64,000 nt of DNA, from positions 384 through 64,383 of the forward strand of contig JBBSCO010000010.1 of assembly GCA_038250235.1 (NCBI GenBank). The letters are read 5' to 3'. The notes under the pieces were generated by a model. It had not been told where the DNA came from, did not search any database, and saw nothing but the letters and a program-made list of their open reading frames with translations. The position numbers and the translations under genes were made by a program. This document shows, in pieces, positions 7,844 through 17,170 of this stretch; position 1 is the stretch's first letter, and each line of letters starts with the position of its first letter. Origin of the DNA: Candidatus Methylacidiphilales bacterium (GTDB lineage Bacteria; Verrucomicrobiota; Verrucomicrobiia; Methylacidiphilales; JAAUTS01).

Positions 7844-8419
7844 ATGAAAGCAACCCTGATCAAAACGTTGTTACCCTGGCTTTGTTATGCTGGTCTGGGC
7901 CTGGGCGGTTTTGGGCAAAGTGCCGCAGCTGCGGCCCTGGCGGTATTGATTCTGGGCTGTGTCCTGCTTGGGGGTGGATTCAAGCCGGTTGATCTAGTCC
8001 TGGCCCTTTATTTTGCCCTGTTGATCGCAGGGATCCAGGTGCTTCACTGGAAGTGGCTGGAGTCCTTTCAGCCGGTGCTGGCACCAGCCATGCTGGCCGC
8101 AATGGCCTTCGTGACTGTGTTGCTGGGCTCTCCCTTTACCCTGCCGTATGCCCGGGAGTCGGTGAAGGATCCAGCCATTCTGGCGAGTTTTCATTTTTAT
8201 CGTGTGAACAACATCCTCTCCGTTCTCTGGGGCCTGGCTTTCCTGGTGGCGGCACTGGGCCAGTTCTGGGCCCTGGGCCATCCGGATTTTTTTTGGATCG
8301 TGACTGGCGGTGGGTTTCTTGCCACTGGTGTGGCCGCTTTTTTCACCTGGAGGTTTCCTCCCTGGTATCACAAACATGTATATGAGCCGCAGACGGCGCG
8401 GCTGGAGGTGGTGGAATGA
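7844..8419 (+). CDS. Polytopic membrane protein, unknown function
   Basis: 191 aa with about five hydrophobic helices. Its stop overlaps the next ATG (ATGA). Confidence 0.55.
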   Translation: MKATLIKTLLPWLCYAGLGLGGFGQSAAAAALAVLILGCVLLGGGFKPVDLVLALYFALLIAGIQVLHWKWLESFQPVLAPAMLAAMAFVTVLLGSPFTLPYARESVKDPAILASFHFYRVNNILSVLWGLAFLVAALGQFWALGHPDFFWIVTGGGFLATGVAAFFTWRFPPWYHKHVYEPQTARLEVVE

Positions 8420-8763
8420 AGGATCTGTTTTTCTGGATGCCCCTGGCTTTGGGCTATGCTGTCTGCATGGCCGGTTCCCATCTCCTGCTGAAAGTGGCGG
8501 GCCAATCAACCACCGGGAAAGGATTGATGGTCTTCGCCCTGGCCAACGGTATCGGATTTTTGGGCATGGTCATGCTTCCGTTCGCCCTGAAAAAAGGGCC
8601 TGCTGCGCTGGTTTACGCCCTGGCCATAGGCGGAGGCTTTGCGGTTTTACAAACTGCGTGCTGGTTTTTGTTCCCCCAGCCTGCTTCGATGCGTGAGGTG
8701 GGGGGTGTCTGTCTGATCGTGGCGGGTCTTTGTCTTTTGGCCTCCCGCCATGTGAATCTATGA
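8416..8763 (+). CDS. Small 4-TM EamA/SMR-like protein (ArnE/ArnF-like flippase-subunit architecture)
   Basis: 115 aa with four hydrophobic helices. It is ATGA-coupled on both sides. Confidence 0.5.
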   Translation: MKDLFFWMPLALGYAVCMAGSHLLLKVAGQSTTGKGLMVFALANGIGFLGMVMLPFALKKGPAALVYALAIGGGFAVLQTACWFLFPQPASMREVGGVCLIVAGLCLLASRHVNL

Positions 8764-9767
8764 AGAACACGGAACTAACAGGACTTCTGCGGTCGCGGGG
8801 AACCGGCCAGGCGGGGTGGCATGCCCGCGGCGGGGCCTGCCGTGCGGAAGTCTGGGGCGACAAGGCTTTTGTCCGCGCGGTCGTGGAAGTCTCCAGTTAC
8901 TGCCGCCAGAACTGCAGCTACTGCGGCATGCGCCGCGACAACAAAGAACTCGGTCGCTACCGGATGGAAGCGGAGATCATCCGGGAGATACTTTTTGAGC
9001 AGCTGCCGCCGTCCGTGACCGACATCAACATCCAGGCCGGGGAAGATCCCGTGGTGGTGCGTGAGCTGGTGATCCCGCTTGTGCGTGAGATCCGTGAAAA
9101 AACATCCCTGGGCATCAGTGTCTGCCTGGGAACGCTGGACACCAAGCAGTATCGGGAACTGCGCGAAGCGGGGGCCGACCTTTATATCATCAAACTGGAA
9201 ACGGGAAACGCCCGGCATTACCTCGATATGCTTTCGCCCGGCACCCTGTCGAAGCGGCTGGAGGCCATTCGTGCCCTGGTGGACCAGGGTTGGATGGTTT
9301 CGTCCGGTTACATCCATGGCCTGCCGGGACAGACGGAAGAGCATGTAGTGGAAACTATCCGCCTGCTGGCGGAACTTCCCCTCAGCGGCAACAGCGTGAG
9401 TCCTTTTATTCCCGGTCAGGACACGGTGTGGGCGGAGTCCCCGGGCGGGTGTCTGGAGACAGCACTGAACGCGGTGACGGCCATGCGTCTGTTGAATCCG
9501 AACCGGATCATCCCGGCGGTCAGTGCCATGAACATCCTGCATCCGGACGGCTATGTGCGGGCCTTGAAGGCCGGAGCCAATTTGACCACGATTAATCTGA
9601 CGCCCGAAGGTTGGCGTGAAAACTATCAACTTTATAAGAAAGACCGCCTTATAATGAGCGAACAAAGGGTTATCAGTGCAATTGAAAAGGCCGGCCTGGA
9701 GCCAAGCAGGGTTAGTATGACAGAGGTATTAAGCTCTCTCACCCATTCGACTCCGGTTAGGGTTTAA
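8760..9767 (+). CDS. Radical SAM enzyme, HydE/BioB/PylB-like subgroup
   Basis: CxxxCxxC motif in VEVSSYCRQNCSYCGMRRDNKELGRYRM, which closely resembles the HydE N-terminal signature, followed by GEDP. ATG 8760 overlaps the upstream stop (ATGA). Confidence 0.8.
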   Translation: MKNTELTGLLRSRGTGQAGWHARGGACRAEVWGDKAFVRAVVEVSSYCRQNCSYCGMRRDNKELGRYRMEAEIIREILFEQLPPSVTDINIQAGEDPVVVRELVIPLVREIREKTSLGISVCLGTLDTKQYRELREAGADLYIIKLETGNARHYLDMLSPGTLSKRLEAIRALVDQGWMVSSGYIHGLPGQTEEHVVETIRLLAELPLSGNSVSPFIPGQDTVWAESPGGCLETALNAVTAMRLLNPNRIIPAVSAMNILHPDGYVRALKAGANLTTINLTPEGWRENYQLYKKDRLIMSEQRVISAIEKAGLEPSRVSMTEVLSSLTHSTPVRV

Positions 9768-9866
9768 GATTTTTACACAAAGGCGCAAGTCCGCGTTGGG
9801 GAGCCCAAAGCTGCGGCCAGAACACCAGGTCCCGTAAGAAGTCGCCATAATTTCACAGGAGAATTC

Positions 9867-9894
9867 TTGCTCTTGTCAACGCGGCGGGTATTAA
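9867..9894 (+). promoter_or_regulatory. Possible sigma-70-type promoter giving a near-leaderless transcript
   Basis: TTGCTC (9867..9872), a 16-nt spacer, then TATTAA (9889..9894). The ATG at 9904 lies only 9 nt downstream, and no Shine-Dalgarno sequence is visible. Confidence 0.3.
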
Positions 9895-9903
9895 TCATTG
9901 CCC

Positions 9904-10878
9904 ATGAGCAAAGGTCCCGTTTCCCAATTTATCCTGCACCACTACCGTCACTTCAACGCAGCTTCCCTGGTGGATGCAGCCAAGGGTTATGAAACCCACC
10001 TGACCGAAGGCGGAAAAATGCTGGTAAGCCTGGCTGGAGCCATGAGCACGGCAGAACTGGGTGTTTCTTTTTCCGAAATGATCCGTCAGGGGAAAGTGGA
10101 CATCATCAGCTGCACCGGGGCCAATCTGGAAGAAGACCTCATGAACCTGGTGGCCCACAGCCACTACAAACGAATCCCCAGTTACCGTGACCTGACCCCC
10201 AAGGATGAATGGGAACTTCTGGAAAAAGGTCTTAACCGTGTCACCGATACCTGTATTCCCGAGGAGGAAGCATTCCGCCGCCTGCAGAAACATATCCACG
10301 CCCTGTGGAAAGCGGCGGAGGAAAAGGGCGAGCGCTATTTCCCCCATGAATACATGTTCCAGATGATCAAGAGCGGTGTGCTCGAGCAGTATTACGAGAT
10401 TGATCCAAAAAATTCCTGGATGGTCGCGGCTGCCGAGAAGAACATCCCCATCGTTGTTCCCGGTTGGGAAGATTCCACCATGGGAAACATCTTTGCTTCC
10501 TACATCATCAAGAAGGAACTGAAAGCTTCCACCATGAAGAGCGGGATTGAATACATGGTGGAGTTGTCCGACTGGTATCGGAAAAATTCATCCGGTAAAG
10601 GCGTGGGCTTCTTCCAGATCGGCGGCGGGATTGCCGGGGATTTCCCCATTTGTGTGGTTCCCATGATGTATCAGGATCTGGAGTGGCATGATGTGCCTTT
10701 CTGGAGCTATTTCTGTCAAATCAGTGATTCCACGACCAGCTACGGATCCTATTCCGGTGCTGTTCCCAATGAAAAAATCACCTGGGGTAAGTTGAATATC
10801 GATACGCCGAAGTTTGTTGTTGAGTCGGATGCGACCATCGTGGCGCCGTTGATTTTTGCCTACGTCTTGGGTTGGTGA
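9904..10878 (+). CDS. Deoxyhypusine synthase family protein
   Basis: ISCTGANLEEDLMN, VVPGWEDSTMGN, GGGIAGDFPI and ITWGK resemble DHS-like proteins. The ATG at 9904 was chosen rather than the TTG at 9898. Confidence 0.85.
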   Translation: MSKGPVSQFILHHYRHFNAASLVDAAKGYETHLTEGGKMLVSLAGAMSTAELGVSFSEMIRQGKVDIISCTGANLEEDLMNLVAHSHYKRIPSYRDLTPKDEWELLEKGLNRVTDTCIPEEEAFRRLQKHIHALWKAAEEKGERYFPHEYMFQMIKSGVLEQYYEIDPKNSWMVAAAEKNIPIVVPGWEDSTMGNIFASYIIKKELKASTMKSGIEYMVELSDWYRKNSSGKGVGFFQIGGGIAGDFPICVVPMMYQDLEWHDVPFWSYFCQISDSTTSYGSYSGAVPNEKITWGKLNIDTPKFVVESDATIVAPLIFAYVLGW

Positions 10879-11011
10879 ATGTAGGGCGTTACGATTAAAC
10901 GCCGGGCTTGTAAATACCGTTTTACCGAAACGGCTCACAAGAGAGCCTGACAAAACAATCCGGGTCAACGGCCCGGGCTACAACCAAAAATTCCACAAAG
11001 ACATCGTGGCC

Positions 11012-11980
11012 TCAATAGCCCATTTTCTTGCCGGGCTGGACTTCGAAGAGGGAGGAAACGGATTCGCCCAGGTGGATGCGCTTGATGGCTTCACCCAGAA
11101 GATTGGCAATACAGAGAACCGTGATCGGCAGATCCGGGCCCTGGGCAGCCGGGGTGCTGTTGGTGGTGATCAGTTCCTTGATTTCCGAGTCCCGCAGGCG
11201 TTCCAGACCTTTTTCATTGAGGATGGCATGCGAGACAATGGCGGAGATATTTTTGGCCCCGTGAGCCTTAAGGGTCTTGGCGGCGGATGTCAGGGTGCCG
11301 GCGGTCTCCGTCATGTCATCGACGATAAGCACGTCTTTACCTTCGACTTCACCTACGACGTAAAGGGCCTGGGTTTCCGTGGCGGAGACACGTCGTTTGG
11401 CGACGATGGCGAGACCGGTGCCGAGGTGCTGGGAGTAGGCGGATGCCATTTTCATACCTCCGACATCGGGAGAAACCACCACCATATTTTTGAGGTCGCG
11501 ATTGGCCAGATACTTGTAAATGACGGGGGCGGCGTAGAGATGGTCGACCGGGATATCGAAGAAGCCCTGGATCTGCTGAGCGTGGAGATCCATGGTCAGA
11601 ACCCGGTTGGCACCGGCGGCGACGACGAGGTTGGCGACCAACTTGGCCGTGATGGGGACGCGGGGCTGATCCTTGCGGTCCTGGCGGGCGTAGCCGTAGA
11701 AGGGCATGACAGCCGTGATACGGGCGGCACTGGCGCGGCGGGCGGCATCCAGCATGATGAACAGCTCCATCAGGTGATGGTTAGTCGGAGGGCAGGTCGG
11801 CTGGATGATGAAGATATCGTTGCCGCGGATATTTTCCTCGTATTTGACAAAGCTTTCGCCGTCGGGGAAAGAGGTGACGGTGGCCTTACCCACGGACATT
11901 TCGAGTGATTTGGCGATCTGTTCTGCGAGGGGGATGTTGGCGGAGCCGGTGAAAATCTGAAGGTGGTTGCCGAATTTCAT
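11012..11980 (-). CDS. prs: Ribose-phosphate pyrophosphokinase
   Basis: Motifs present: YARQDRK, DLHAQQIQGFFDIPVDHL, and the PRPP-binding loop VLIVDDMTETAGT. Confidence 0.95.
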   Translation of the reverse strand: MKFGNHLQIFTGSANIPLAEQIAKSLEMSVGKATVTSFPDGESFVKYEENIRGNDIFIIQPTCPPTNHHLMELFIMLDAARRASAARITAVMPFYGYARQDRKDQPRVPITAKLVANLVVAAGANRVLTMDLHAQQIQGFFDIPVDHLYAAPVIYKYLANRDLKNMVVVSPDVGGMKMASAYSQHLGTGLAIVAKRRVSATETQALYVVGEVEGKDVLIVDDMTETAGTLTSAAKTLKAHGAKNISAIVSHAILNEKGLERLRDSEIKELITTNSTPAAQGPDLPITVLCIANLLGEAIKRIHLGESVSSLFEVQPGKKMGY

Positions 11981-12049
11981 GTAAGGAGCTCTATGATTAT
12001 GGCAATCCTGTGCTGGGACAATCTTATTCCCTCAGCTTTTTTCGCGGTT

Positions 12050-14815
12050 TCAAACCACTCCCGCCAGACGGCGGGCATGGGCCAGGGTGTCTATCTCTGT
12101 GGCAGTTTTGTCGTCGCGGATACGGAGGATGCGGGGAAAACGCAGGGCCAATCCCGAGGCATGACGCCCGCTGGGCTGGATGCTGTCGAAGGCGACTTCG
12201 ATGATAACCTCGGGCTGCACTTTATAAAGACGACCCCGGACGATTTCGGTGGTGATACTTTTGAATTTTTCGGTCATTTCCCCGAGCTCTGCGTCGGTCA
12301 GCCCCGAGTAGGCTTTGCCAATGGTGAGAAGCTCTCCGTTGTCCCCTCTTAAGGCGAAGGTGTAGTCGGAAAGAAATTCTTTCCGTTTACCGTGGCCGAC
12401 CTCCACCGCAGTGACAACGACATCGAGAGTGGCGTAGGCTTTTTTTAACTTGAGCCATGACAATCCACGACGGCCCGGGGTGTAACGACTGTCCGGATCC
12501 TTGATGATCAATCCTTCGTTCCCAGCAGCGCGGGCGCGCAGGAATAAAGCGTCGATTGTCACGACATCGGACGCCGGACTGGCTGGCCCGATTTGAAGAA
12601 CGGACGAGACGGAGTCCGTCCCTCCAAGACAGCGGCCGAGGGCATGGCGGCGTTCGCGCCAGGGAAGATGAAGAAGCGTTTCGCCGTCAAGGGACATGCA
12701 ATCAAAGGACATATAGGCGAGAGGGATCTGTTCCTGCAGGAAAAGGTCGGCCTCCTTCCGTCCCAAGCGCTTCTGCAACGAGGAAAAGGGCAGGGCTTTA
12801 CCGCCGGAAAAAGCGAGGAGTTCGCCGTCCAGCACGCAGCTGAAAGGAAGGGTTTTGGCCGCATTGATAATTTCAGGAAAGGTGTCACTCACCCGCTTCA
12901 GATCGCGCGTGTACAATTCCACCCGATCGTCTTTCTTGTGCAATTGACAGCGGATCCCGTCGAATTTGTCCTCAACCCACCACTTCCCCCCGCTTCGTTC
13001 CATAATGGATTCCGCGCTTGGTTCCGGGCTGGCCAGCATGGGTTTGATGGGACGGAACAGTTGTAGATTTGCACTGTCAAGTCGGTGGGATATAGCCAGA
13101 GTCGATGTTTCGGCCAGATCGCCGGTGATCATGTGGGCCAGGATGATTTCGTCGAGAGGCTCGGCAAAAGCCTGGGCCAATGCGGCCTCGACCAGACCTT
13201 CTTTCAAGCCGGCACGCAGGTCGCCCGTGATCAGTTTGGCGGCCCACTTTACTTCCTGGGGGGAAAGTTGGAGGAAGAGGTCTTTCAGCAGCCCGATTTT
13301 TTTCTCCGGCATGGTGATTTGGGACAGGGAATCGAAAGTTGCCTGAAGTTGTTGCAGGGTCAGGCCTGCGCTGCTGCCATGGCCCTGCATCAGATCCTGC
13401 AGGGTCATCCCTGCATCTTGATAGCGCAGATAGACCGTGCGGTAATCGCCCCGGTTCAATCCCGTCAGTTGCAGCACGGCCCGGCGCAGAATCATGGAGC
13501 CAACCCCGAGCTTTTTTTCCTCGCGGGATGAGAACGCGCGTCCTGAGGCAAAGGTCACGGCAAGAGCGAGATTGGCCCGTTCCAGTTTCAGAAAATAAGT
13601 GGACAGTAGCCGGACTTTTTCGTTCTTGGAACTGATACGCACGCAGGCGTCGAGAACCAAACAGAGCTCTTTAAAAGAGTGCGGCAAAACAGGGTTTTGA
13701 GTTTCGAGTTTTGGGTTTTGAGTTCCGGGAAGACTTCGATGGGGAGGTGGCCTGGGAAGGGGAACGTTTTGGGTTTGGGATTCACTGTTTTGGGTTCCCA
13801 GAGGGGAAGTAGGGAGTGTTGATTTTGGAAGAATGAGTTCGAGTTGATCATCCGAAGTCAGAGACCAGGCTTCCACGCCGCGTTCGCGGAGAGTGGCGGC
13901 AAATTCGCGGGCGAAGCCGTGCAGGGTGTAGACGGTGCGGGGGTTTACCAAACGGACATATTCAAGAAGGTCGTCGTAACCGGCGTGGTCGGAGAGGGGA
14001 AAAACGGCATCGCACTGGTAACGAAAGATAGCGCCGGAAGCCAGAGCCCAGCCGGTGATGGCGGCTGAGCGCAGGGGCCCGGCTTTTTTCAGGGACAAAC
14101 TTCCTGAAGCGTTCGGCGGAAAAATAACGACATGGCCCCTGGCCTCCTCGGATTTGAATTTGCTGTAGGGAGGGAATTGAAATCCCAGCGATTCATAGAT
14201 ACGGGTCATTTCATAAACCGAGTTATGCAGCATGACTGGAATGCCTGCGGCAAAAAGGGCTGCCAACAATTCCTGACTTTTCCCCAGGGAGTAACCAAGC
14301 AGCACCGGAATCTCCCCATCATCAAGAGTGCCCTGGCAGAAGCGCAGGATGTCGGCTAGGACTTCATCCGTCGGCGGAAAAATATACTGCGGCAGGCCGT
14401 AGGTGGTTTCCATGATCAAAACATCGGCGTGGACTGGTTCGCATACTTCGGCGGAACGGCCCGGACGTAGCTTGAAGTCGCCTGAATACAACAGGGAACT
14501 GCCCTCGCGCTCTATCCAGAGTTGGGCTGAGCCCAAAATATGACCCGCCGGATGAAGGCGGATCCGGGTGTCGGGTCTGAGCTGATAGGTCTTTCCAAAA
14601 GGAAGCGCGGTGATCTTTCTTTCGCCGGGCATCCGTTTATTCATTAGCTGCGCGGTGGCTTCCGAGGTCAGAACCTGTCGGTGGGCCGCCATATGATCAA
14701 AATGAGCGTGGGAAACGTAGGCAAAGTCGACAGACCGGTGCGGATCCATCCATAAGTCTATGGAAGGGAGGTAGATACCTTTTTCAGAATATTGAATCTT
14801 CCAAGGCTCAGACAT
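12050..14815 (-). CDS. Fusion of an MBL-fold exonuclease and an ATP-dependent DNA ligase (ligase-associated DNA damage response type)
   Basis: The N-terminal domain carries the HAHFDH metallo-beta-lactamase motif and a beta-CASP-like layout. The C-terminal domain carries ligase motif I VEDKFDGIR plus downstream adenylation/OB motifs. The two are joined by a low-complexity TQN-repeat linker. Confidence 0.9.
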   Translation of the reverse strand: MSEPWKIQYSEKGIYLPSIDLWMDPHRSVDFAYVSHAHFDHMAAHRQVLTSEATAQLMNKRMPGERKITALPFGKTYQLRPDTRIRLHPAGHILGSAQLWIEREGSSLLYSGDFKLRPGRSAEVCEPVHADVLIMETTYGLPQYIFPPTDEVLADILRFCQGTLDDGEIPVLLGYSLGKSQELLAALFAAGIPVMLHNSVYEMTRIYESLGFQFPPYSKFKSEEARGHVVIFPPNASGSLSLKKAGPLRSAAITGWALASGAIFRYQCDAVFPLSDHAGYDDLLEYVRLVNPRTVYTLHGFAREFAATLRERGVEAWSLTSDDQLELILPKSTLPTSPLGTQNSESQTQNVPLPRPPPHRSLPGTQNPKLETQNPVLPHSFKELCLVLDACVRISSKNEKVRLLSTYFLKLERANLALAVTFASGRAFSSREEKKLGVGSMILRRAVLQLTGLNRGDYRTVYLRYQDAGMTLQDLMQGHGSSAGLTLQQLQATFDSLSQITMPEKKIGLLKDLFLQLSPQEVKWAAKLITGDLRAGLKEGLVEAALAQAFAEPLDEIILAHMITGDLAETSTLAISHRLDSANLQLFRPIKPMLASPEPSAESIMERSGGKWWVEDKFDGIRCQLHKKDDRVELYTRDLKRVSDTFPEIINAAKTLPFSCVLDGELLAFSGGKALPFSSLQKRLGRKEADLFLQEQIPLAYMSFDCMSLDGETLLHLPWRERRHALGRCLGGTDSVSSVLQIGPASPASDVVTIDALFLRARAAGNEGLIIKDPDSRYTPGRRGLSWLKLKKAYATLDVVVTAVEVGHGKRKEFLSDYTFALRGDNGELLTIGKAYSGLTDAELGEMTEKFKSITTEIVRGRLYKVQPEVIIEVAFDSIQPSGRHASGLALRFPRILRIRDDKTATEIDTLAHARRLAGVV
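13694..13800. repeat. Heptamer tandem repeats (GTTTTGR family) inside the ligase linker
   Basis: gttttga gtttcga gttttgg gttttga gttccgg lies at 13694..13728. gttttgg gtttggg attcact gttttgg gttccca lies at 13766..13800. On the coding strand this reads as 7-aa periodic TQNxxxx. Confidence 0.75.
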
Positions 14816-15003
14816 CGAAAAAGGCTACCACACATTTTGATAGAGGACAGAATGGAGCCTGACTTTTGGTGAAAAGGCTGAAAACGAAGGGGCTCTCTTA
14901 CGAATGTCTTTGGTTTTGTACGGCTTTTGCAGTGAAAAGGGTTGACCGGGCCTGACTTTTCCTGTTTTCTCACAAGTTCACTTTTTCAAAATAGGACAGA
15001 GTT

Positions 15004-15696
15004 ATGGCAAATCGTATCAGTTTAAAAGCAGAACCCCGCTTGGGCATTGGCAGACTTAAATCGCGTCAGATCCGTGGCACGGGTAAAACCCCGGCTGTGC
15101 TCTACGGCGTCGGCGCACCCCAGGCTCTCCAGCTTTCCTCCAAGGAACTGGTTGGAGCCCTCAATGCCACCAAGGCGGAGAGTGTTCTGGTGGATCTTGA
15201 AATCGTAGGGGAAAAGGGTGCCAAGAAGCATCTGGCCCTGTTGAGTGAAGTTCAGGTTCATCCCTTGAAAGACAAAGTTTTGCATGTGGATCTCCACGAA
15301 ATAGACCCGGACAAAAAGGTTCAGGCCGAAGTTTCCGTGCATGAAATCGGCGAACCGGCCGGTGTCCGCACTGGTGGTGGTATTCTCGACCACTTGATGC
15401 GCCATCTCCGCGTGGAATGTCTGCCATACGATCTACCTTCCGAAATCACGGTCGATGTCTCTAACATGAACATCGGCGATGCGATCCATGTGAAAGAAAT
15501 TCAGGCTCCGTCCGGAGTAATTTTTGTGACAGCGGCCGACCTGCCCGTGTTCATGGTGCATGCACCGAAGACCGAGGAAGTGGTGGCTCCGGTGGCTGCA
15601 GCCGCAGCGACCCCCGAAGTGATTACGGCCAAGAAGACAGACGCGGCAGCAGCACCTGCGGCAGCAGGCAAGGCGGCTCCGGCCAAAAAGGCGTAA
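15004..15696 (+). CDS. rplY: 50S ribosomal protein L25 (Ctc form) with an Ala/Pro/Lys-rich tail
   Basis: LKAEPR...GKTPAVLYG and HPLKDKVLHVDL are L25/Ctc-like. The protein is 230 aa. Confidence 0.9.
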   Translation: MANRISLKAEPRLGIGRLKSRQIRGTGKTPAVLYGVGAPQALQLSSKELVGALNATKAESVLVDLEIVGEKGAKKHLALLSEVQVHPLKDKVLHVDLHEIDPDKKVQAEVSVHEIGEPAGVRTGGGILDHLMRHLRVECLPYDLPSEITVDVSNMNIGDAIHVKEIQAPSGVIFVTAADLPVFMVHAPKTEEVVAPVAAAAATPEVITAKKTDAAAAPAAAGKAAPAKKA

Positions 15697-15699
15697 ACC

Positions 15700-16272
15700 T
15701 TGGCTACTCTGCTCCCGCTTGTTGTGGGACTGGGCAACCCGGGCTCCCGTTATCTCGGAACCCGGCACAACGTCGGCTTCATGGTTTTGGATGCATGGGC
15801 GGCGGAAAGCGGGGCGCAGTGGAAAAAAGTGCGCTTTACCGAGGCGGAAGCTGCTCAGACGCCCGAGGGTGTCTGGTTGTTGAAGCCCTTGAGCTACATG
15901 AATGTTTCAGGGGACCCGGTCAGGGCGGGGTTGAACTGGTTTAAGTTGGTGCCCGAGCAGCTTTTGGTGGTGATGGATGATGTGAGTCTGAAACTGGGCC
16001 GACTCCGGCTCAGGAGCGGGGGATCGGCGGGGGGACATAACGGCCTCCGTTCGATCGAGCAGCATCTCGGAACCCGGGAGTATGCGCGGTTGAAATGTGG
16101 GGTGGGGTCGGCGCCGGAACGGATGGATCTGGCAGACCATGTTCTCGGACGCTTTGTGGCGGAAGAGAAAATAATTTTGAAGGAAATGATAGAGCGGGCG
16201 GTGAAGGGCCTGAAGATGTGTGAGCATCAGGGGGTCACAGCCGCCATGAATGAAGTAAATAGAGAAGTATGA
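15700..16272 (+). CDS. pth: Peptidyl-tRNA hydrolase
   Basis: VVGLGNPG, TRHNVGF and GGHNGLRSI are present. The start is TTG. Confidence 0.9.
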   Translation: MATLLPLVVGLGNPGSRYLGTRHNVGFMVLDAWAAESGAQWKKVRFTEAEAAQTPEGVWLLKPLSYMNVSGDPVRAGLNWFKLVPEQLLVVMDDVSLKLGRLRLRSGGSAGGHNGLRSIEQHLGTREYARLKCGVGSAPERMDLADHVLGRFVAEEKIILKEMIERAVKGLKMCEHQGVTAAMNEVNREV

Positions 16273-16580
16273 AAAAACATTACGAATCGATGTTCATCCT
16301 GGACTTGCAAGGCAAGGAAGAAGGGGTGGAGGAAGTGGTAACAGAAATCAAGAAGGCCATTGAGGCTTTGGGAGGCGAATTTTATGCCGCCCAGCGCATG
16401 GAGCGCCGCAAGTTTGAGCAGGTCGCCAACAAGGTCGATTCCGGCTATTACCTCGGCGTCCGCTATGATCTGGACAGCAGCAGGGTCAATGAGCTGAAAC
16501 AAAAATTTGCCCTGGATAAAAAAGTCTTCCGCCAGGTGGATTTCCTCGCCAAGGTCGTCAAAGAAAAAGCGGCGGCCTGA
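16269..16580 (+). CDS. rpsF: 30S ribosomal protein S6
   Basis: MKKHYESMFIL is an S6-like N-terminus. ATGA overlap with pth. Confidence 0.9.
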   Translation: MKKHYESMFILDLQGKEEGVEEVVTEIKKAIEALGGEFYAAQRMERRKFEQVANKVDSGYYLGVRYDLDSSRVNELKQKFALDKKVFRQVDFLAKVVKEKAAA

Positions 16581-16615
16581 TTGTTCATTCCCGGCAGTAG
16601 CTTTCCTGAAACGCC

Positions 16616-17110
16616 ATGGCCTCCCTCAACAAAGTTTTTCTTATCGGAAACCTGACGCGTGATCCTGAAATCAGGCACACGCCGAAAGGAACTGCCGTGG
16701 GAGATCTTGCCCTGGCCATCAACATGGTTTATCGCACCCCTGAGGGCGGTGAAAAAGAAGAAGTCTGTTATGTCGATGTGGTGGTATGGGGACGCCAGGC
16801 TGAAACCTGTAAAGACTATCTGACCAAGGGTTCCCCCATTTTTGTGGAAGGCCGCCTTCAGCTTGACCAGTGGGAAAGTCAGCAGGGGGAAAAACGCAGC
16901 CGCCTGCGTGTGCGTGCGGATCGGGTGCAGTTTTTGGGTAGAGGTGGAAGTGGCGGGAGCGGCGGCGGGTCGGGCGGGAGCAGCCGTTCCTCCGGTGGCG
17001 GGGAATCCGGCAGTTCCCGCAATGCTCCGCGCGAACGCGAGCGCGAACAGGGACCGGATCCCGATTACAGTCATGGACCGGACGCCTCGGATGACGAAAT
17101 TCCGTTCTAA
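16616..17110 (+). CDS. ssb: Single-stranded DNA-binding protein
   Basis: The OB fold starts NKVFLIGNLTRDPEIRHTP. A Gly/Ser-rich linker follows. The canonical acidic tail DDEIPF is present. Confidence 0.95.
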   Translation: MASLNKVFLIGNLTRDPEIRHTPKGTAVGDLALAINMVYRTPEGGEKEEVCYVDVVVWGRQAETCKDYLTKGSPIFVEGRLQLDQWESQQGEKRSRLRVRADRVQFLGRGGSGGSGGGSGGSSRSSGGGESGSSRNAPREREREQGPDPDYSHGPDASDDEIPF

Positions 17111-17170
17111 GCTGATGCCGGGTGAGCCGGTTTTTGATTTTAAACAGAGATATTAAAGGAGACAAAACGT

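Noticed and set aside
10856-11908. 350-aa ORF on the + strand
   Set aside because: It lies entirely antisense to prs, which has unmistakable PRPP-synthetase motifs. The + strand translation is low-complexity and G/D/V-rich, as is typical of shadow ORFs in GC-rich DNA.
17111-17170. Remnant of rpsR in the ssb-rplI spacer (the tail of ORF 16842..17156 reads KLMPGEPVFDFKQRY)
   Set aside because: The resemblance to the S18 N-terminus is limited to a few residues in a frame that overlaps ssb. It is too short and weak to call.
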